Shown here piece after piece: positions 41,402 to 52,115 of a stretch of DNA of 64,000 bases. A program made the position numbers and the translations under genes. The notes below the pieces were generated by a model. The model was not told the DNA's origin. It did not search any database and saw only the letters and a program-made list of their open reading frames with translations. The stretch comes from an uncultured Actinomycetes bacterium (lineage in GTDB: Bacteria; Actinomycetota; Thermoleophilia; UBA2241): positions 320,001 to 384,000 of the forward strand of contig CAVRZA010000006.1 of assembly GCA_963725665.1 (NCBI GenBank). The letters run 5' to 3'. Each line of letters opens with the position of its first letter. Positions within the stretch are counted from its first letter, which is position 1.

Positions 41402-42106
41402 CTAGGCTCCCAGATACACCGACCGGAGCCGCTCGTCGCTCAGAAGGACCGCGACAGTACCCTCGTGCACGATACGGCCGTTCTCCATGAGGTAAACGTA
41501 GTCGGCGATGTGCTGGATGTTCTCGAAGTTCTCCTCGGCGAGGAGGACGGTGGCCTCGCTGCGCGCGATGCGGGCCAGCGTGGCGTAGACCTCCTGGACG
41601 AGGACGGGCGCGAGTCCGAGGGCAGGCTCGTCTACCATAAGCAGACGAGCCTGCCCCATCAGCCCGCGCCCGATCGCACACATGCGTCGCTCGCCGCCGG
41701 AGAGCGTACGTGCCTGTTGCCGACGACGCTCTTTCAGTTTGGGAAACAGGTTGAACACCCTCTCGAGGCCCTCCCCCCGCCGGTCCCAGGCAACCTTGAC
41801 GAAAGCACCCATGAGGAGGTTCTGCTCGACCGTCAAGTCCTGGAAGAGCAGGTCGCCCTGAGGGATGTGCACAAGGCCCTTCGCGACGATGGCGGCCGGC
41901 GAGGCGCCACCGACCGACTCATCCAGGAACGTGATCGAGCCTTCCCAGGGCGGTACAAGTCCGCTGAGGACGCGCAGCAGCGTAGTCTTGCCATGTCCGT
42001 TGGGTCCGGTCAGAACGACGAGCTTGCCCTCGGGCACGTCAAGGCTCACGTCGAACAGCACCCGCGCCCGCCCGTAGCCAGAGGAAACGTTTGCCACATT
42101 AAGCAT
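41402..42106 (-). CDS. Branched-chain amino acid ABC ATPase (LivF-like)
   Basis: GPNGHGKTT, LSGGE, DEPALGLAP. Confidence 0.9.
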   Translation of the reverse strand: MLNVANVSSGYGRARVLFDVSLDVPEGKLVVLTGPNGHGKTTLLRVLSGLVPPWEGSITFLDESVGGASPAAIVAKGLVHIPQGDLLFQDLTVEQNLLMGAFVKVAWDRRGEGLERVFNLFPKLKERRRQQARTLSGGERRMCAIGRGLMGQARLLMVDEPALGLAPVLVQEVYATLARIARSEATVLLAEENFENIQHIADYVYLMENGRIVHEGTVAVLLSDERLRSVYLGA

Positions 42107-42878
42107 CGGCACCTCCCGGGCCGACCCCCGCGGCAACACCCGACGATCCGAGATAGAGACGGATCACCTCGGGATCGGCGACCGCGTCCTCGGGACTCCC
42201 CTCGAAGATCTTGCTGCCCTGATGCATGATCATGACCCGGTCAGAGACGCGCATGAGGACGCTCATCACGTGCTCGACGAGCACGATCGCGACACCTGTC
42301 GATTTCACGTTCTCCACGTGCTCGACGAGCTGCAAACCCTCGGTCTCTGTCAGTCCCGCGACCACCTCGTCGAGCATCAGGATGCGCGGGTTCGTCGCCA
42401 GCGCCGCCGCGATCATGAGTCGTTTGCGCTCGTAGACCGAGAGGAGGTTCGTCTGCGTCCCCAGCTTGTCCCCCAGCTCGAGCTCTTCGGCCAGAACTCG
42501 GGCCTGGGCCACCTCGTCGGACGAGAAGCCAAGGCGGGCAAACCAGTGTCGGCTCTTGCCAAAGTGCAGTCCCGCCAGGACGGTGCCCAGCACGGTCTGT
42601 GAAGGCAGGATCGCGGCAATCTGAAACGTGCGAGCTATGCCGAGCTGACAGATCACGTTGGCGGACAGACTCTGTATCTGCTGACCGTCGAAGCTGATCA
42701 CGCCTGCCGTGGCCCGCGACTGCCCCGTGATGACATCGAACAGGGCGGTCTTGCCGGCTCCGTTGGGACCAGCGATGCCGAGAATCTCCCCCTGCGACAC
42801 CGAGAAGCTCAGATCGTCAACCGCCGCCAGCGCACCGAAGTGCTTCGACAAGTGCTCGACCTCCAGAATCGCTGCCAT
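42099..42878 (-). CDS. Branched-chain amino acid ABC ATPase (LivG-like)
   Basis: GPNGAGKT, GIARTFQ, LDEVVAG, VEHVM. Confidence 0.9.
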   Translation of the reverse strand: MAAILEVEHLSKHFGALAAVDDLSFSVSQGEILGIAGPNGAGKTALFDVITGQSRATAGVISFDGQQIQSLSANVICQLGIARTFQIAAILPSQTVLGTVLAGLHFGKSRHWFARLGFSSDEVAQARVLAEELELGDKLGTQTNLLSVYERKRLMIAAALATNPRILMLDEVVAGLTETEGLQLVEHVENVKSTGVAIVLVEHVMSVLMRVSDRVMIMHQGSKIFEGSPEDAVADPEVIRLYLGSSGVAAGVGPGGADA

Positions 42879-42891
42879 CGCGAGCGAGGGA

Positions 42892-44223
42892 CTACTTGAT
42901 CCAAGGCGGAAGCTGGAACGTCCCTTGCGTGTACGGCTCCGGGTAGATCAGCACCTGCTCCTGGTTCTGTATCTGGAAGGTGAGGTTCGGCAAGCCTAGA
43001 CCCGCATCGAGGGTGTAGACGTTGGGATCACCGGTGCCAGGGTACGAGATCGCTGTCAGGTCGGTTGGGGCGAAGTTGTACGAGCCGCACACGCCGCGGA
43101 ACTGATAGGCCTTGAGCATCTCGATGACCTTGGCGTGGTCGTCGGGCCCGCCTGCCCGGCTGGCCGCCGACCACCAGAGAAAGACTGCGTCGCGCTGTGC
43201 ACCGGCGAGACTGAGCCCCGGCGCCTGCTTGAACTTGGCGGTGAAGTCGGCCTGATACTTCTTACCGATCGCATCGGGGAGGATGCCGATGACGGTCGAC
43301 CAGATGACCCCGTTTGCAGCGTCACCGGTCAACTTCAGGTACTCGGGCACTGACGGGCCGTACTGCTCGTAGAGCAGTGACGGCGTCGGGTCGGCGCGGA
43401 ACTGCTTCGTAAACGAGGCCAGGTCACCGACGATGTAGTCAGCGTGAAAGACGACACCCGGGGGGTTGGCGCGGATCTTGGACAGCACCGGTCCCCACTC
43501 CGAGAGTGGCGCGTTCACCTTCTCGAAGATCGGGACCTGCCAGCCGTCCTTCTCCACGGCAGCCTTGAACTGGTTCGAGATGTTGACCGAGTACGCGTCG
43601 AGGCTGGTGATGATGGCCGCCGTCTTCTTGCTCGGTGTCCACTTCTTCGTCGCCTGCAGGCTCTTGAGGAGGCTGGCGAAGCTCGGGCCGTACGGCAACT
43701 CCGTCGGGCAGATCTGGAAGATGCTGCCTCGTTTCGCGAGATCCTGGGCGACCCAGTTCGCGTTGTCGGTCAGGGTGTTGTTGTGAAAGGCAGGGATGCC
43801 GGCCTGGACTATGGCTGGGTACTCGGCGCTCGCGGTGGTCGTGTAGCCCATGAAGAGCGCGGCGGGGTTGCCGCTCAGCACACGCTCCACCGCGTTCACC
43901 ACCTTGTCGGTCGAGAGGTCTTCGATGTCGCCGTACTCGACCGTGAGCTTGCGGCCCATGAGCCCGCCGAGCGCGTTCACCTGCGCGATGCCCATCTCGA
44001 TGCCAAGCTTCATCTGCGTCCCGTCGCCAGCGTACGCGCCGGTCAGCGGGTATGCCGCTCCCAGCTTCACAGGTGCGGTGTTGGCGGCAGTCGTGGTCGT
44101 GCCGCTCTCCTTGGGCGCCAGCCCGTAGCCGGCCGCGCCACCGACCACGAGACCTGCCACCGCGGCCCCGCCCGTCATTACCACTTCACGGCGGGTCATG
44201 CCCTTCTCAGACGAGGTACTCAT
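42892..44223 (-). CDS. Leu/Ile/Val-type ABC substrate-binding protein with Tat-like signal
   Basis: TRREVV signal, PLTGAYAGDG, N..GGLMGR. Confidence 0.85.
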   Translation of the reverse strand: MSTSSEKGMTRREVVMTGGAAVAGLVVGGAAGYGLAPKESGTTTTAANTAPVKLGAAYPLTGAYAGDGTQMKLGIEMGIAQVNALGGLMGRKLTVEYGDIEDLSTDKVVNAVERVLSGNPAALFMGYTTTASAEYPAIVQAGIPAFHNNTLTDNANWVAQDLAKRGSIFQICPTELPYGPSFASLLKSLQATKKWTPSKKTAAIITSLDAYSVNISNQFKAAVEKDGWQVPIFEKVNAPLSEWGPVLSKIRANPPGVVFHADYIVGDLASFTKQFRADPTPSLLYEQYGPSVPEYLKLTGDAANGVIWSTVIGILPDAIGKKYQADFTAKFKQAPGLSLAGAQRDAVFLWWSAASRAGGPDDHAKVIEMLKAYQFRGVCGSYNFAPTDLTAISYPGTGDPNVYTLDAGLGLPNLTFQIQNQEQVLIYPEPYTQGTFQLPPWIK

Positions 44224-44356
44224 GCTGTTTCCCCCTTGGAACGACATTGCGACGGCGGCAAGGACGTGGTTCGAGAAAGAAGGGAGTGCGCTCCAGCCGG
44301 CCACGAACCATCGAGCTTGCCCCAGCCCCCTGTTTCGATTGGTCGTCCGCAGATTG

Positions 44357-44376
44357 TAGTTCGACCAGTCGAACTA
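44357..44376. promoter_or_regulatory. Putative TetR operator
   Basis: Inverted repeat TAGTTCGAC-CA-GTCGAACTA between the divergent tetR and binding-protein genes. Confidence 0.7.
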
Positions 44377-44442
44377 TACGGGCGCATGATATACCGTAGA
44401 CATGCCGAATCAAGTACGACGTGGGAGAAGCTGGGTGCCGTC

Positions 44443-45084
44443 ATGGAAAGCCTGAGCCCACCGATCGAGGACCTCGCCGCGACTCTCCCACCGACCGCCG
44501 CACGACTCTGCGCGGCGGCCAAGAGGATCCTCTCCGAACGCGGCTTTGCCGATCTCACGATCGATGCCGTCGCGCGCGAGGCCGGAGAGTACAAGGCCTC
44601 GGTCGCCTATTACTACGGCAACAAGTCAGGACTTCTCGCAGCGGTGGCCGACTCTGTCTACCCACGGGACGAATGTATGGCCACGGTGGCCGCGGCCGAG
44701 CAACACCCGCCCGGTGAGGAGCGAGTCCGCGCGCAGATGAAGGGGCTGCAAGCGATGGCCGAGGATCGGGACTCGATGCGCGCCTTCTGGGAGCTTCTGC
44801 CCCACATCCTGCGTGACGACCGGCTGCGCGGTGACTTCGCCGCAGTCTACGACTGGTACAGGCGCCTCGATGTGCGCATGTTCGGCGTCGATTCGCCCGA
44901 CAGCGAGGAACTCATGTACGCAGGCGCCCTCGTCGTTGCGGCGGTCGACGGCTTCGCCCTGCAGGCCTGCCTAGATCCGGAGGGATTCGACCTCGACAAA
45001 GCGTTCCTCGTGCTGCAGCGACTCGTGACGAGCTTCGTGCAGTCGCTGCAGCATAGTGACAGCGCGCCCCGAGCCATCGAATAG
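44443..45084 (+). CDS. TetR/AcrR family transcriptional regulator
   Basis: AAKRILSERGF..TIDAVAREAG....VAYYYGNK. Confidence 0.9.
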   Translation: MESLSPPIEDLAATLPPTAARLCAAAKRILSERGFADLTIDAVAREAGEYKASVAYYYGNKSGLLAAVADSVYPRDECMATVAAAEQHPPGEERVRAQMKGLQAMAEDRDSMRAFWELLPHILRDDRLRGDFAAVYDWYRRLDVRMFGVDSPDSEELMYAGALVVAAVDGFALQACLDPEGFDLDKAFLVLQRLVTSFVQSLQHSDSAPRAIE

Positions 45085-45185
45085 ACACGCCGAGAGCTCG
45101 CACGGCGGACGCGTGTCGCGCGCGTGACAGGAGGACGCGCCCTTACATGTACAGGCCGAGGTTGCGTCTCTCCGTTCACCCGCCG

Positions 45186-46488
45186 TCAGGCTTTGCGCAC
45201 CAGCCCGGGCAGGCGCACCAGGCTCGGGAAGCGGTCGACGCGCAACGGCTGCAGGTCGATGGCTGGAGCCTCGTCAGCGACGACCTGGGCTACCAGCCGT
45301 CCGGTGCCGGGCCCGTACATCACGCCGCTCATGCAGTGGCCCGTCGCCAGGATGAGGTTGTCGTGGCGCGGGCTGCGGCCGATGACGGGCAGTCCATCGG
45401 GCGTCATCGGCCGCAGCCCGCGCCAGATCGCGCGGCGCTCGGCCCTGCCTACGCCGGAAAGGAAGCGCGCCACGCCATCCTGGATGCCGTCGAGGCGTTT
45501 GGGCAGGATGCGCGTGTTCATCCCCGAGAGCTCGAGCGTGCCGGCCAGCCGCAGCTCGTCGCCGAACGGCGTCACGCAGGCGTGCCCCTCGGGCAGGTAC
45601 AGCGCGTGGTCCGCCGGGACACCCTCCGGGCGGCGGATCGTGATGCTGTAGCCCTTGGCCGGCACCACCGGCAGGTCGAGACCCAGCCGCCTCGCGAGCT
45701 CCGTCGACCAGACGCCGGCGGCGAGCACCACGGTCTGCGCGGCGATGCGTCCGCGCGTGGTGGCCACCGCGACTACGCGGCGACCGAGGCAGTCGAAGCC
45801 GACGGCCTCGGTCGCCGTGAGCACGGTGGCCCCGCGCTTCTCCGCCAACCGCGCGAGCTGCCGCGTGAGCGCGCACGGGTCGACGCACGCGTCGTCGGGC
45901 GCGAAGGTACCGCCGGCGACGCCCGGCAATGCTGCCGGCACGCGCTCACGCACGCGCGCGGCGTCGACGATCTCCGTCTCGACGCCGAACGCCGTCCTCA
46001 TCGACTCGCTGTCAGCGGCCGCCGAGTGGAACGACTCCTCGGCGAGGTAGAGGCTCAGGATGCCGGTGTGCCGGTAGCCGGCGTCGAGCTCGCCCAGGGC
46101 GTCGAGCTCGTCGTAGGCGGCGATGCCCTCGAGGCCGAGAGCGCGGAGCGTCGGCATGCTCCTCCTCATCGGCGCCTCGCGCGCGGCCGCCGAGAACATG
46201 AGGAGCCAGCGGGCGAGACCAGCGGTCGAGGCGCGGCTTGATGTAGAGCGGGCTCGCTTCGTCGAGGAGCCACGCGAGCCCTCGGCCGAGGACGCCCGGC
46301 ACCGGGACCGGACGGACGTCGCTGGGCGTGATCAGGCCCGCGTTGCCGTAGGAACTCGCGTCGACAGGGCAGATCGAGTCCTCGCGCTCGATGAGCGTCA
46401 CCGCACGGCCCGCCTGCGCGAGGTAGTACGCGCAGGAGGTCCCAACGATGCCACCGCCGATGACGAGTACCTCGGTCTCACCGCCCAT
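45186..46488 (-). CDS. DadA-like FAD-dependent D-amino acid dehydrogenase; frameshift near 46224
   Basis: IGGGIVG, SYGNAG, SPLYIKP, then other frame LAAGVWS, PAKGY, GLRPMTPDGLP, ATGH. Confidence 0.82.
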
Positions 46489-47623
46489 CGCGCGCCTCCT
46501 TCGTCACCGACCTCACACGCAGCCGATCTCGCCGGCGACCAATGACCGCAGCCTTCTCCCAGTCGAGCTCGAGACCCAGGCCCGGCGCCTCCGGCGCGCG
46601 CACGAGCCCCGCTTCGTCGGGACGGACGGGCGCGGAGACGGCGTACTCCCAGGGCTCGACCGGATACGGCAGCTCGAAATAGCTCACGTTGTCGAAGGCC
46701 AGCATGACGTGCAGCGCCGCGAGCTGGCTCGACGTGTGCCCGTAGCTCACCAGCTCGAGGTCCATGCCGAACGCCGCGGCCAACCGCATGAGCTCAACGA
46801 CCCAGGTGATCCCCAGCGTGCAGCCGACCTCCGCTCGCGCAGCGCTCCAGGGCGGGTCGCGCAGGGCCTCGGCGAACTGGCGCACGTCCCACATGGCGTA
46901 CCCCGCCGGCAGGATGGGTACTGCGACGCGCGCCAGGAGCTCGCGGTAGCCGGCGAGGTCGAAGTCCGGCAGCGGCGCCTCGAACCAGCGGCAGTCGAGC
47001 TCCTCACAAGCGCGCGCGACGATCAGCGCCTCGCGCCGGTCGTAAACCCCCTCCGCGTCGTGCATGAGCGTGAGGTCGAGGTCTTGGGCGCGTAGCCGCC
47101 GCAGCAGCGCGACGTCTCGCCGAGGGTCGCCCCAGGCGTGCACCTTCAACGCCGAGATGCCCTCGGCGCGCGCACGGGCGGCGACGTCCAGGTACTCCTC
47201 CTCCGCATCCATCGTCGTGAGCGACGCGTAGGCGCGAATCGACCCCCGCGTGCCGCCGAGGAACCGGTACAGGGGCAGACCGGCCCGTCGCGCGGCCAGA
47301 TCCCAGAGCGCCACGTCGAGCACGGCCAGAGGCCCCGGCGAGAAGGGGAACACGACCCCGATGCGCATCTCCTCGAGGAACTGCTTGCGCGAGTCCACGC
47401 TGCGGCCCAGCAGCGCGGGCGCCAGCGACCGTACCGATTCGACGACCGAAAGATCCACGTCTGCGGGCGTGTAGGAGTCGAAGCCGCCGACACCCTCGCA
47501 GCCGTCGCTGTCGGTCACCCTGACGAACGTCGTGCTCAGAAAGCAGCGGCCCGCGCGCTCCGTCCAGCGCAAGCTGAAGTCGGGCCTGATGGCCATCGCC
47601 TCGATGCGCGCGATCGTCGCCAC
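46478..47623 (-). CDS. Mandelate racemase-subgroup enolase-superfamily protein
   Basis: DVALWDL, GLPLYRFLGG, AYAS, KVH, WFEAP, PGLG. Confidence 0.8.
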   Translation of the reverse strand: MATIARIEAMAIRPDFSLRWTERAGRCFLSTTFVRVTDSDGCEGVGGFDSYTPADVDLSVVESVRSLAPALLGRSVDSRKQFLEEMRIGVVFPFSPGPLAVLDVALWDLAARRAGLPLYRFLGGTRGSIRAYASLTTMDAEEEYLDVAARARAEGISALKVHAWGDPRRDVALLRRLRAQDLDLTLMHDAEGVYDRREALIVARACEELDCRWFEAPLPDFDLAGYRELLARVAVPILPAGYAMWDVRQFAEALRDPPWSAARAEVGCTLGITWVVELMRLAAAFGMDLELVSYGHTSSQLAALHVMLAFDNVSYFELPYPVEPWEYAVSAPVRPDEAGLVRAPEAPGLGLELDWEKAAVIGRRRDRLRVRSVTKEARDGR

Positions 47624-47661
47624 GCCTCGCCGACCTCTCGCCGGGGGTGATGGGCGCGCGC

Positions 47662-47973
47662 TCACTCCTCCGTTGGCTCCTGCCTCGGCTCCGGCGCCTC
47701 GGGGAGGTTCTTGATGTTCTCGCGCGCCAGCCACTTGCTGTAGTTGTCGCCGATGGCGTCGAGCAGCTCCTTCATGAAGCGCGGCGACATGTTCACCCGC
47801 GTCACGACCACCCCGTTGAGCTCCGGTGTCTCCTCGTTCTCGTGGTCGAGCCTCATGAAGGTGATCGAGAACTCGTAGTCGGAGTGGCTGACGTTGGCGA
47901 AGTTGGCGTACACGCCGGCCATCATCTCAGGCGTGGCGTGGATGTTGATGTGCCGTTCCTGACTCGAGTCCAT
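47662..47973 (-). CDS. DUF3467-like protein
   Basis: GVYANFANVSHSDYEF.I.F, RVNMSP. Confidence 0.7.
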   Translation of the reverse strand: MDSSQERHINIHATPEMMAGVYANFANVSHSDYEFSITFMRLDHENEETPELNGVVVTRVNMSPRFMKELLDAIGDNYSKWLARENIKNLPEAPEPRQEPTEE

Positions 47974-47999
47974 GCTCGCCTCCCAGATGATGTCGCGTC

Positions 48000-48998
48000 C
48001 TAGACGCGCGCCGCGATCGCCCGCGCCATCTCACGCGTGCCGGCCGATCCGCCCAGGTCGTACGTGACGTCGCGGCCTTCGCCGATCACCGCCGCCACGG
48101 CGGCGTACACGCGTTCGGCCGCCTCGGCCTCGCCGAGGTGCTGCAGCATGAGCACGCCCGAGAGCAGCAGGGCGGTGGGGTTCACCTTGTTCTGGCCCGT
48201 GTACTTGGGCGCGCTGCCGTGGACGGGCTCGAAGACGGCGGCCTCGGCGCCGATGTTCGCCCCGGGCGCGACGCCGAGGCCGCCGACGAGCCCGGCACAG
48301 AGGTCGCTGACGATGTCGCCGTAGAGATTGGGCAGCACGAGCACGTCGTAGAGCTCGGGCTTCTGCACGAGCTGCATGCACATGTTGTCGACGATGCGGT
48401 CCTCGAACTCGATGTCGGGATACTCCTCGGCGACGTCGCGCGCCACACGCAAGAAGAGCCCGTCGCTGAGCTTCATGATGTTGGCCTTGTGCACCGCCGT
48501 CACCTTGTGGCGGCCCTGGCGGCGCGCGTAGTCGAAGGCGAAGCGCACGATGCGCTCGCTCGCCGCGCGGGTGATGATCTTGATGCTCTCGGCGGCGTCG
48601 GCGCCCACCATATGCTCGATACCGGCGTAGAGGTCCTCGGTGTTCTCGCGCACCACCACCAGGTCGATGCCCTCGTAGCGGCTCCTCACTCCCTTGATGG
48701 AGCGCGCGGGGCGCAGGCAGGCGTAGAGGTCGAGCTCCTTACGCAACGCGACGTTGACGCTGCGAAAGCCGGAGCCGACCGGGGTGGTGATGGGTCCCTT
48801 GATGGCGACCTTGTTGCGCCTCACCGACTCGAGGACGGGCTCGGGGAGCGGCGTGCCGTACTCCTCCATGACGTCGAGGCCGGCCTGCCGGCGCTCCCAT
48901 TCGATGGGCACGCCGGTGGCCTCGATCACCGTGACGAGGGCATCGACCAGCTCGGGGCCGGTGCCGTCGCCGGGGATCAGGGTCACGCGGTGGGTCAT
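48000..48998 (-). CDS. NAD-dependent isocitrate/homoisocitrate dehydrogenase family protein
   Basis: [49 protein letters not shown]. Confidence 0.92.
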   Translation of the reverse strand: MTHRVTLIPGDGTGPELVDALVTVIEATGVPIEWERRQAGLDVMEEYGTPLPEPVLESVRRNKVAIKGPITTPVGSGFRSVNVALRKELDLYACLRPARSIKGVRSRYEGIDLVVVRENTEDLYAGIEHMVGADAAESIKIITRAASERIVRFAFDYARRQGRHKVTAVHKANIMKLSDGLFLRVARDVAEEYPDIEFEDRIVDNMCMQLVQKPELYDVLVLPNLYGDIVSDLCAGLVGGLGVAPGANIGAEAAVFEPVHGSAPKYTGQNKVNPTALLLSGVLMLQHLGEAEAAERVYAAVAAVIGEGRDVTYDLGGSAGTREMARAIAARV

Positions 48999-49161
48999 GG
49001 CGCTCCTTCTCTCGTGACGTACGCGCGCCGTGACGGCGGTTCATCTCGGAGACGACGACCTCGGCGACGCACTCCAACCTTACACCGCAGAGCCCGGTCG
49101 TTCGACGGGCGCGCAGAGCGACGCGCTCAGAGGCGCGCAGCGCGCGTGGCGAACGGCGACT

Positions 49162-49737
49162 CTAGTCGCCCTCGTCGTGCCGACCGAGTCGCAGTCGCGA
49201 CTCGGTCGGCCCCACTTGCCCCTGGTACTTGCTCTCGAGCCCTGGGGACGCGTAGGGCCGCTCCGCCGGCGTCGTCATGGTAAGGAACGAGATCTGCGCC
49301 ACGCGCATGCCCGGGTAGAGCAGGATGGGCACCGTGGCGACGTTGGAGAGCTCGAGGGTGATCTGGCCCTCGAAGCCGGGATCGACGTAGCCGGCGGTCG
49401 AGTGGATGATCAGGCCGACACGCCCCAGGCTGCTCTTGCCCTCGAGCCGCCCCACGAGGTCGGCGGGCACGCGCACGCGCTCCAGGGTGCTCCCCAGCAC
49501 GAACTCCCCGGGATGCAGCGCGAAGCGGCCGCCTTCTTCGACCTCGACCAGCTCGGTCAGGTCGGTCTGGTCCCGCGCGAGGTCGACGTGCGTGTGCCGG
49601 TGGCGCGTGAAAACGCGGAACGTCCTCGCCAGACGCAGGTCGACGCTCGCCGGCTGGATGGCGGCCTCGTCGAGAGGGTCGATGCCGATCGACCCCGCGG
49701 CAAGGCGTTCACGCAGGCTCCTGTCGGAGAGGATCAT
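49162..49737 (-). CDS. dcd: dCTP deaminase
   Basis: MILSD, QPASVDLRL, EGKSSLGR, TAGYVDPGFEG.ITLE, KYQGQ. Confidence 0.95.
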   Translation of the reverse strand: MILSDRSLRERLAAGSIGIDPLDEAAIQPASVDLRLARTFRVFTRHRHTHVDLARDQTDLTELVEVEEGGRFALHPGEFVLGSTLERVRVPADLVGRLEGKSSLGRVGLIIHSTAGYVDPGFEGQITLELSNVATVPILLYPGMRVAQISFLTMTTPAERPYASPGLESKYQGQVGPTESRLRLGRHDEGD

Positions 49738-49780
49738 CTGCGGCCGAGCGCAGTGACGGCCGGTGGGCCCGGCGACGACA

Positions 49781-50320
49781 TCAGCCCTCGGGCAGAGCGA
49801 ACCCGCCGTGCTTCTTGAGATGCTCGACGAGGCCGCCGTCGCTCAAGATCGTGACCATCACCGCCGGCAGGGGGACGAACGAGACGACGCTCCCCGTCGT
49901 CAGGTCGCGCACCTCGCCAGCGGCCAGGTCGACCTCGAGCTGGTCGCCCAGGCTCACGCCGGACGTGTCGCACTGGAGCACCGGCAGACCGACGTTGATC
50001 GCGTTGCGGAAGAAGATGCGCGCGAACGACTGCGCCAGCACCGCGCCGACGCCGGCCAGCTTGATGATCCGCGGGGCGTGCTCGCGGCTCGAGCCGAGGC
50101 CGAAGTTGCGCCCGGCGACGATGAAGTCGCCCGGCGACAGCTTCTGCGCGAACTCGGGGTCGGCGTCCTCCATGACGTGCTTGGCGAGCTCGGGCAGGTC
50201 GGTGCGCAGGTGGAACAACCGCCCCGGGGCGATGTGGTCGGTCGAGATGTCGTCGCCGAACAGCCAGGCACGGCCGCGCAGAACGGCCTCGACGGCGGGA
50301 GCTTCGGCGTCCACGGACAC
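49781..50320 (-). CDS. LeuD/HacB-type aconitase-family small subunit
   Basis: GDDISTDHI.PG, NFGLGSSREHA, SFARIFFRNAIN. Confidence 0.9.
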   Translation of the reverse strand: MSVDAEAPAVEAVLRGRAWLFGDDISTDHIAPGRLFHLRTDLPELAKHVMEDADPEFAQKLSPGDFIVAGRNFGLGSSREHAPRIIKLAGVGAVLAQSFARIFFRNAINVGLPVLQCDTSGVSLGDQLEVDLAAGEVRDLTTGSVVSFVPLPAVMVTILSDGGLVEHLKKHGGFALPEG

Positions 50321-50322
50321 CG

Positions 50323-50832
50323 TCAGCTCTCCTCGATCTCGATGCGGGTGACGGCGAGACCCGGCTCGCGCGCCGTCGTCGGGTCGCGTTCGGGGATGGC
50401 GAGGACGACGTCGAAGCCCTCGACCACCCTGCCGAAGACGGTGTGGCGGTCGTCCAGGTGCGGCGTCGGTGCGTGGGTGATGAAGAACTGCGAGCCGTTG
50501 GTGCCGGGGCCGGCGTTGGCCATCGAGAGCACGCCGGGGCCGTCGTGGCGCAGTGACGGGTCGAACTCGTCGGCGAAGGTGTAGCCGGGACCGCCGCGGC
50601 CGGTGCCCGTAGGGTCGCCGCCCTGCGCCATGAAGCCCTTGATGACACGGTGGAAGGTCACACCGTCGTAGTAGCCTTCGCGGGCGAGGAAGACGAAGTT
50701 GTTGACGGTCCGCGGCGCCTTCTCGGCGTAGAGCTCCGCGACGATGTCGCCGATCGGGGTGACTAGCCGCGCCGTATAGCGTTTGGCGGGGTCGATGACG
50801 AGCGGGGGCGCGGAGGAGTAGGTCTTGGCCAT
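50323..50832 (-). CDS. Cyclophilin-type peptidyl-prolyl cis-trans isomerase
   Basis: [36 protein letters not shown]. Confidence 0.95.
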   Translation of the reverse strand: MAKTYSSAPPLVIDPAKRYTARLVTPIGDIVAELYAEKAPRTVNNFVFLAREGYYDGVTFHRVIKGFMAQGGDPTGTGRGGPGYTFADEFDPSLRHDGPGVLSMANAGPGTNGSQFFITHAPTPHLDDRHTVFGRVVEGFDVVLAIPERDPTTAREPGLAVTRIEIEES

Positions 50833-52115
50833 CAGAGGAGCTCCCTCGGGTCGACGATGGCACCGGCCACGGCGCAGGCCGCGGCGGTGACCGGCGAGGC
50901 GATGTAGATCGTGGACTGGGGGTTGCCCATCCGCCCCAGGAAGTTGCGGTTCTGTGTAGTGACGCAGACCTCGCCGTCGGCCGGCACGCCGGCGTGCACA
51001 CCGACGCAGGGGCCGCAGCCGGGAGTAGTGAAGACGGCGCCGGCGTCGATGAAGACCTCGACCAGCCCCTCGACGATGGCGGCGCGCTGCACGGCTTGCG
51101 AGGCCGGCGTGATGATGAGGCGCACGTGGGGCGCGCGGCGGCGGCCGCGCAAGACGGCCGCCGCCGCGCGCAGGTCCTCGAGGCGACCGTTGGTGCAGGT
51201 GCCGATGAACACCTGGTCGATCTTCGCGCCGGCAAGCTCGGCGGCCGAGTGGGCGTTGTCGACGGTGTGCGGCGCTGACATCGTCGGCACGACGCTGCGC
51301 GCCGCGAAGCTCAGCACGCGCTCGTAGGCCGCCCCGGGGCCGGGCGCGAGCGGACGCCATTCAGCCTCGCGCCCGCGCCCCGCCAGGAACGCGCGCGTCA
51401 CCTCGTCGCTGGCCATCATGCCGGCCTTGGCGCCGGACTCTACCGACATGTTGGCAAGCGTGAGGCGCCCGTGCATCGGTAGCCGCTCTATCGCCTCGCC
51501 GCCGAACTCGAGCGCCTCGTAGGTCGCCCCGTCGGCGCCGATCGTGCCGATGATCGTCAGCATCAGGTCCTTGGCCATGACGCCGGTCGCGAACGGCCCC
51601 CAGGCCCCATCACCGTCGGCGACGGGGTCGGTGACCTCGATGCGCACCGTCTCGGGCACGCGCAGCCAGGTCTTGCCGCTGGCCATGCCGACGGCGACGT
51701 CTGTCGAGCCCATGCCCGTGGCGAACGCGCCCAGCGCGCCGGCCGTGCAGGTGTGAGAGTCGGCGCCGATCACGACGTCGCCGGGCCGCGCGTAGCTCTC
51801 CGCGACGCGCTGGTGGGAGATGCCCTGCTCGATGTCCGACAGCGTCGCGCCCGTCTCGGCGCAGAAGTCGCGGATGGTCCGCTGGGCGTTGGAGAGCTCG
51901 GCGCGCGGCGAGGGGGCGGCGTGGTCGATGAAGAAGACCGACTGCGGGACCTTGAGCGCGCCCCAGTCGAGCTCGCGGATCTGCTGGATGGTGAGCGGGC
52001 CCGTGCCGTCCTGGGCGATCGCGAGGTCGACGTCGGCGACCACGATCTGTCCAGGCCGCACGGGCTGGCCGGCATGGGCGCCGATGATCTTCTCGGCCAG
52101 GGTCTCGGCCGTCAC
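50832..52115 (-). CDS. LeuC/HacA-type aconitase-family large subunit
   Basis: [38 protein letters not shown]. Confidence 0.92.
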   Translation of the reverse strand: MTAETLAEKIIGAHAGQPVRPGQIVVADVDLAIAQDGTGPLTIQQIRELDWGALKVPQSVFFIDHAAPSPRAELSNAQRTIRDFCAETGATLSDIEQGISHQRVAESYARPGDVVIGADSHTCTAGALGAFATGMGSTDVAVGMASGKTWLRVPETVRIEVTDPVADGDGAWGPFATGVMAKDLMLTIIGTIGADGATYEALEFGGEAIERLPMHGRLTLANMSVESGAKAGMMASDEVTRAFLAGRGREAEWRPLAPGPGAAYERVLSFAARSVVPTMSAPHTVDNAHSAAELAGAKIDQVFIGTCTNGRLEDLRAAAAVLRGRRRAPHVRLIITPASQAVQRAAIVEGLVEVFIDAGAVFTTPGCGPCVGVHAGVPADGEVCVTTQNRNFLGRMGNPQSTIYIASPVTAAACAVAGAIVDPRELL

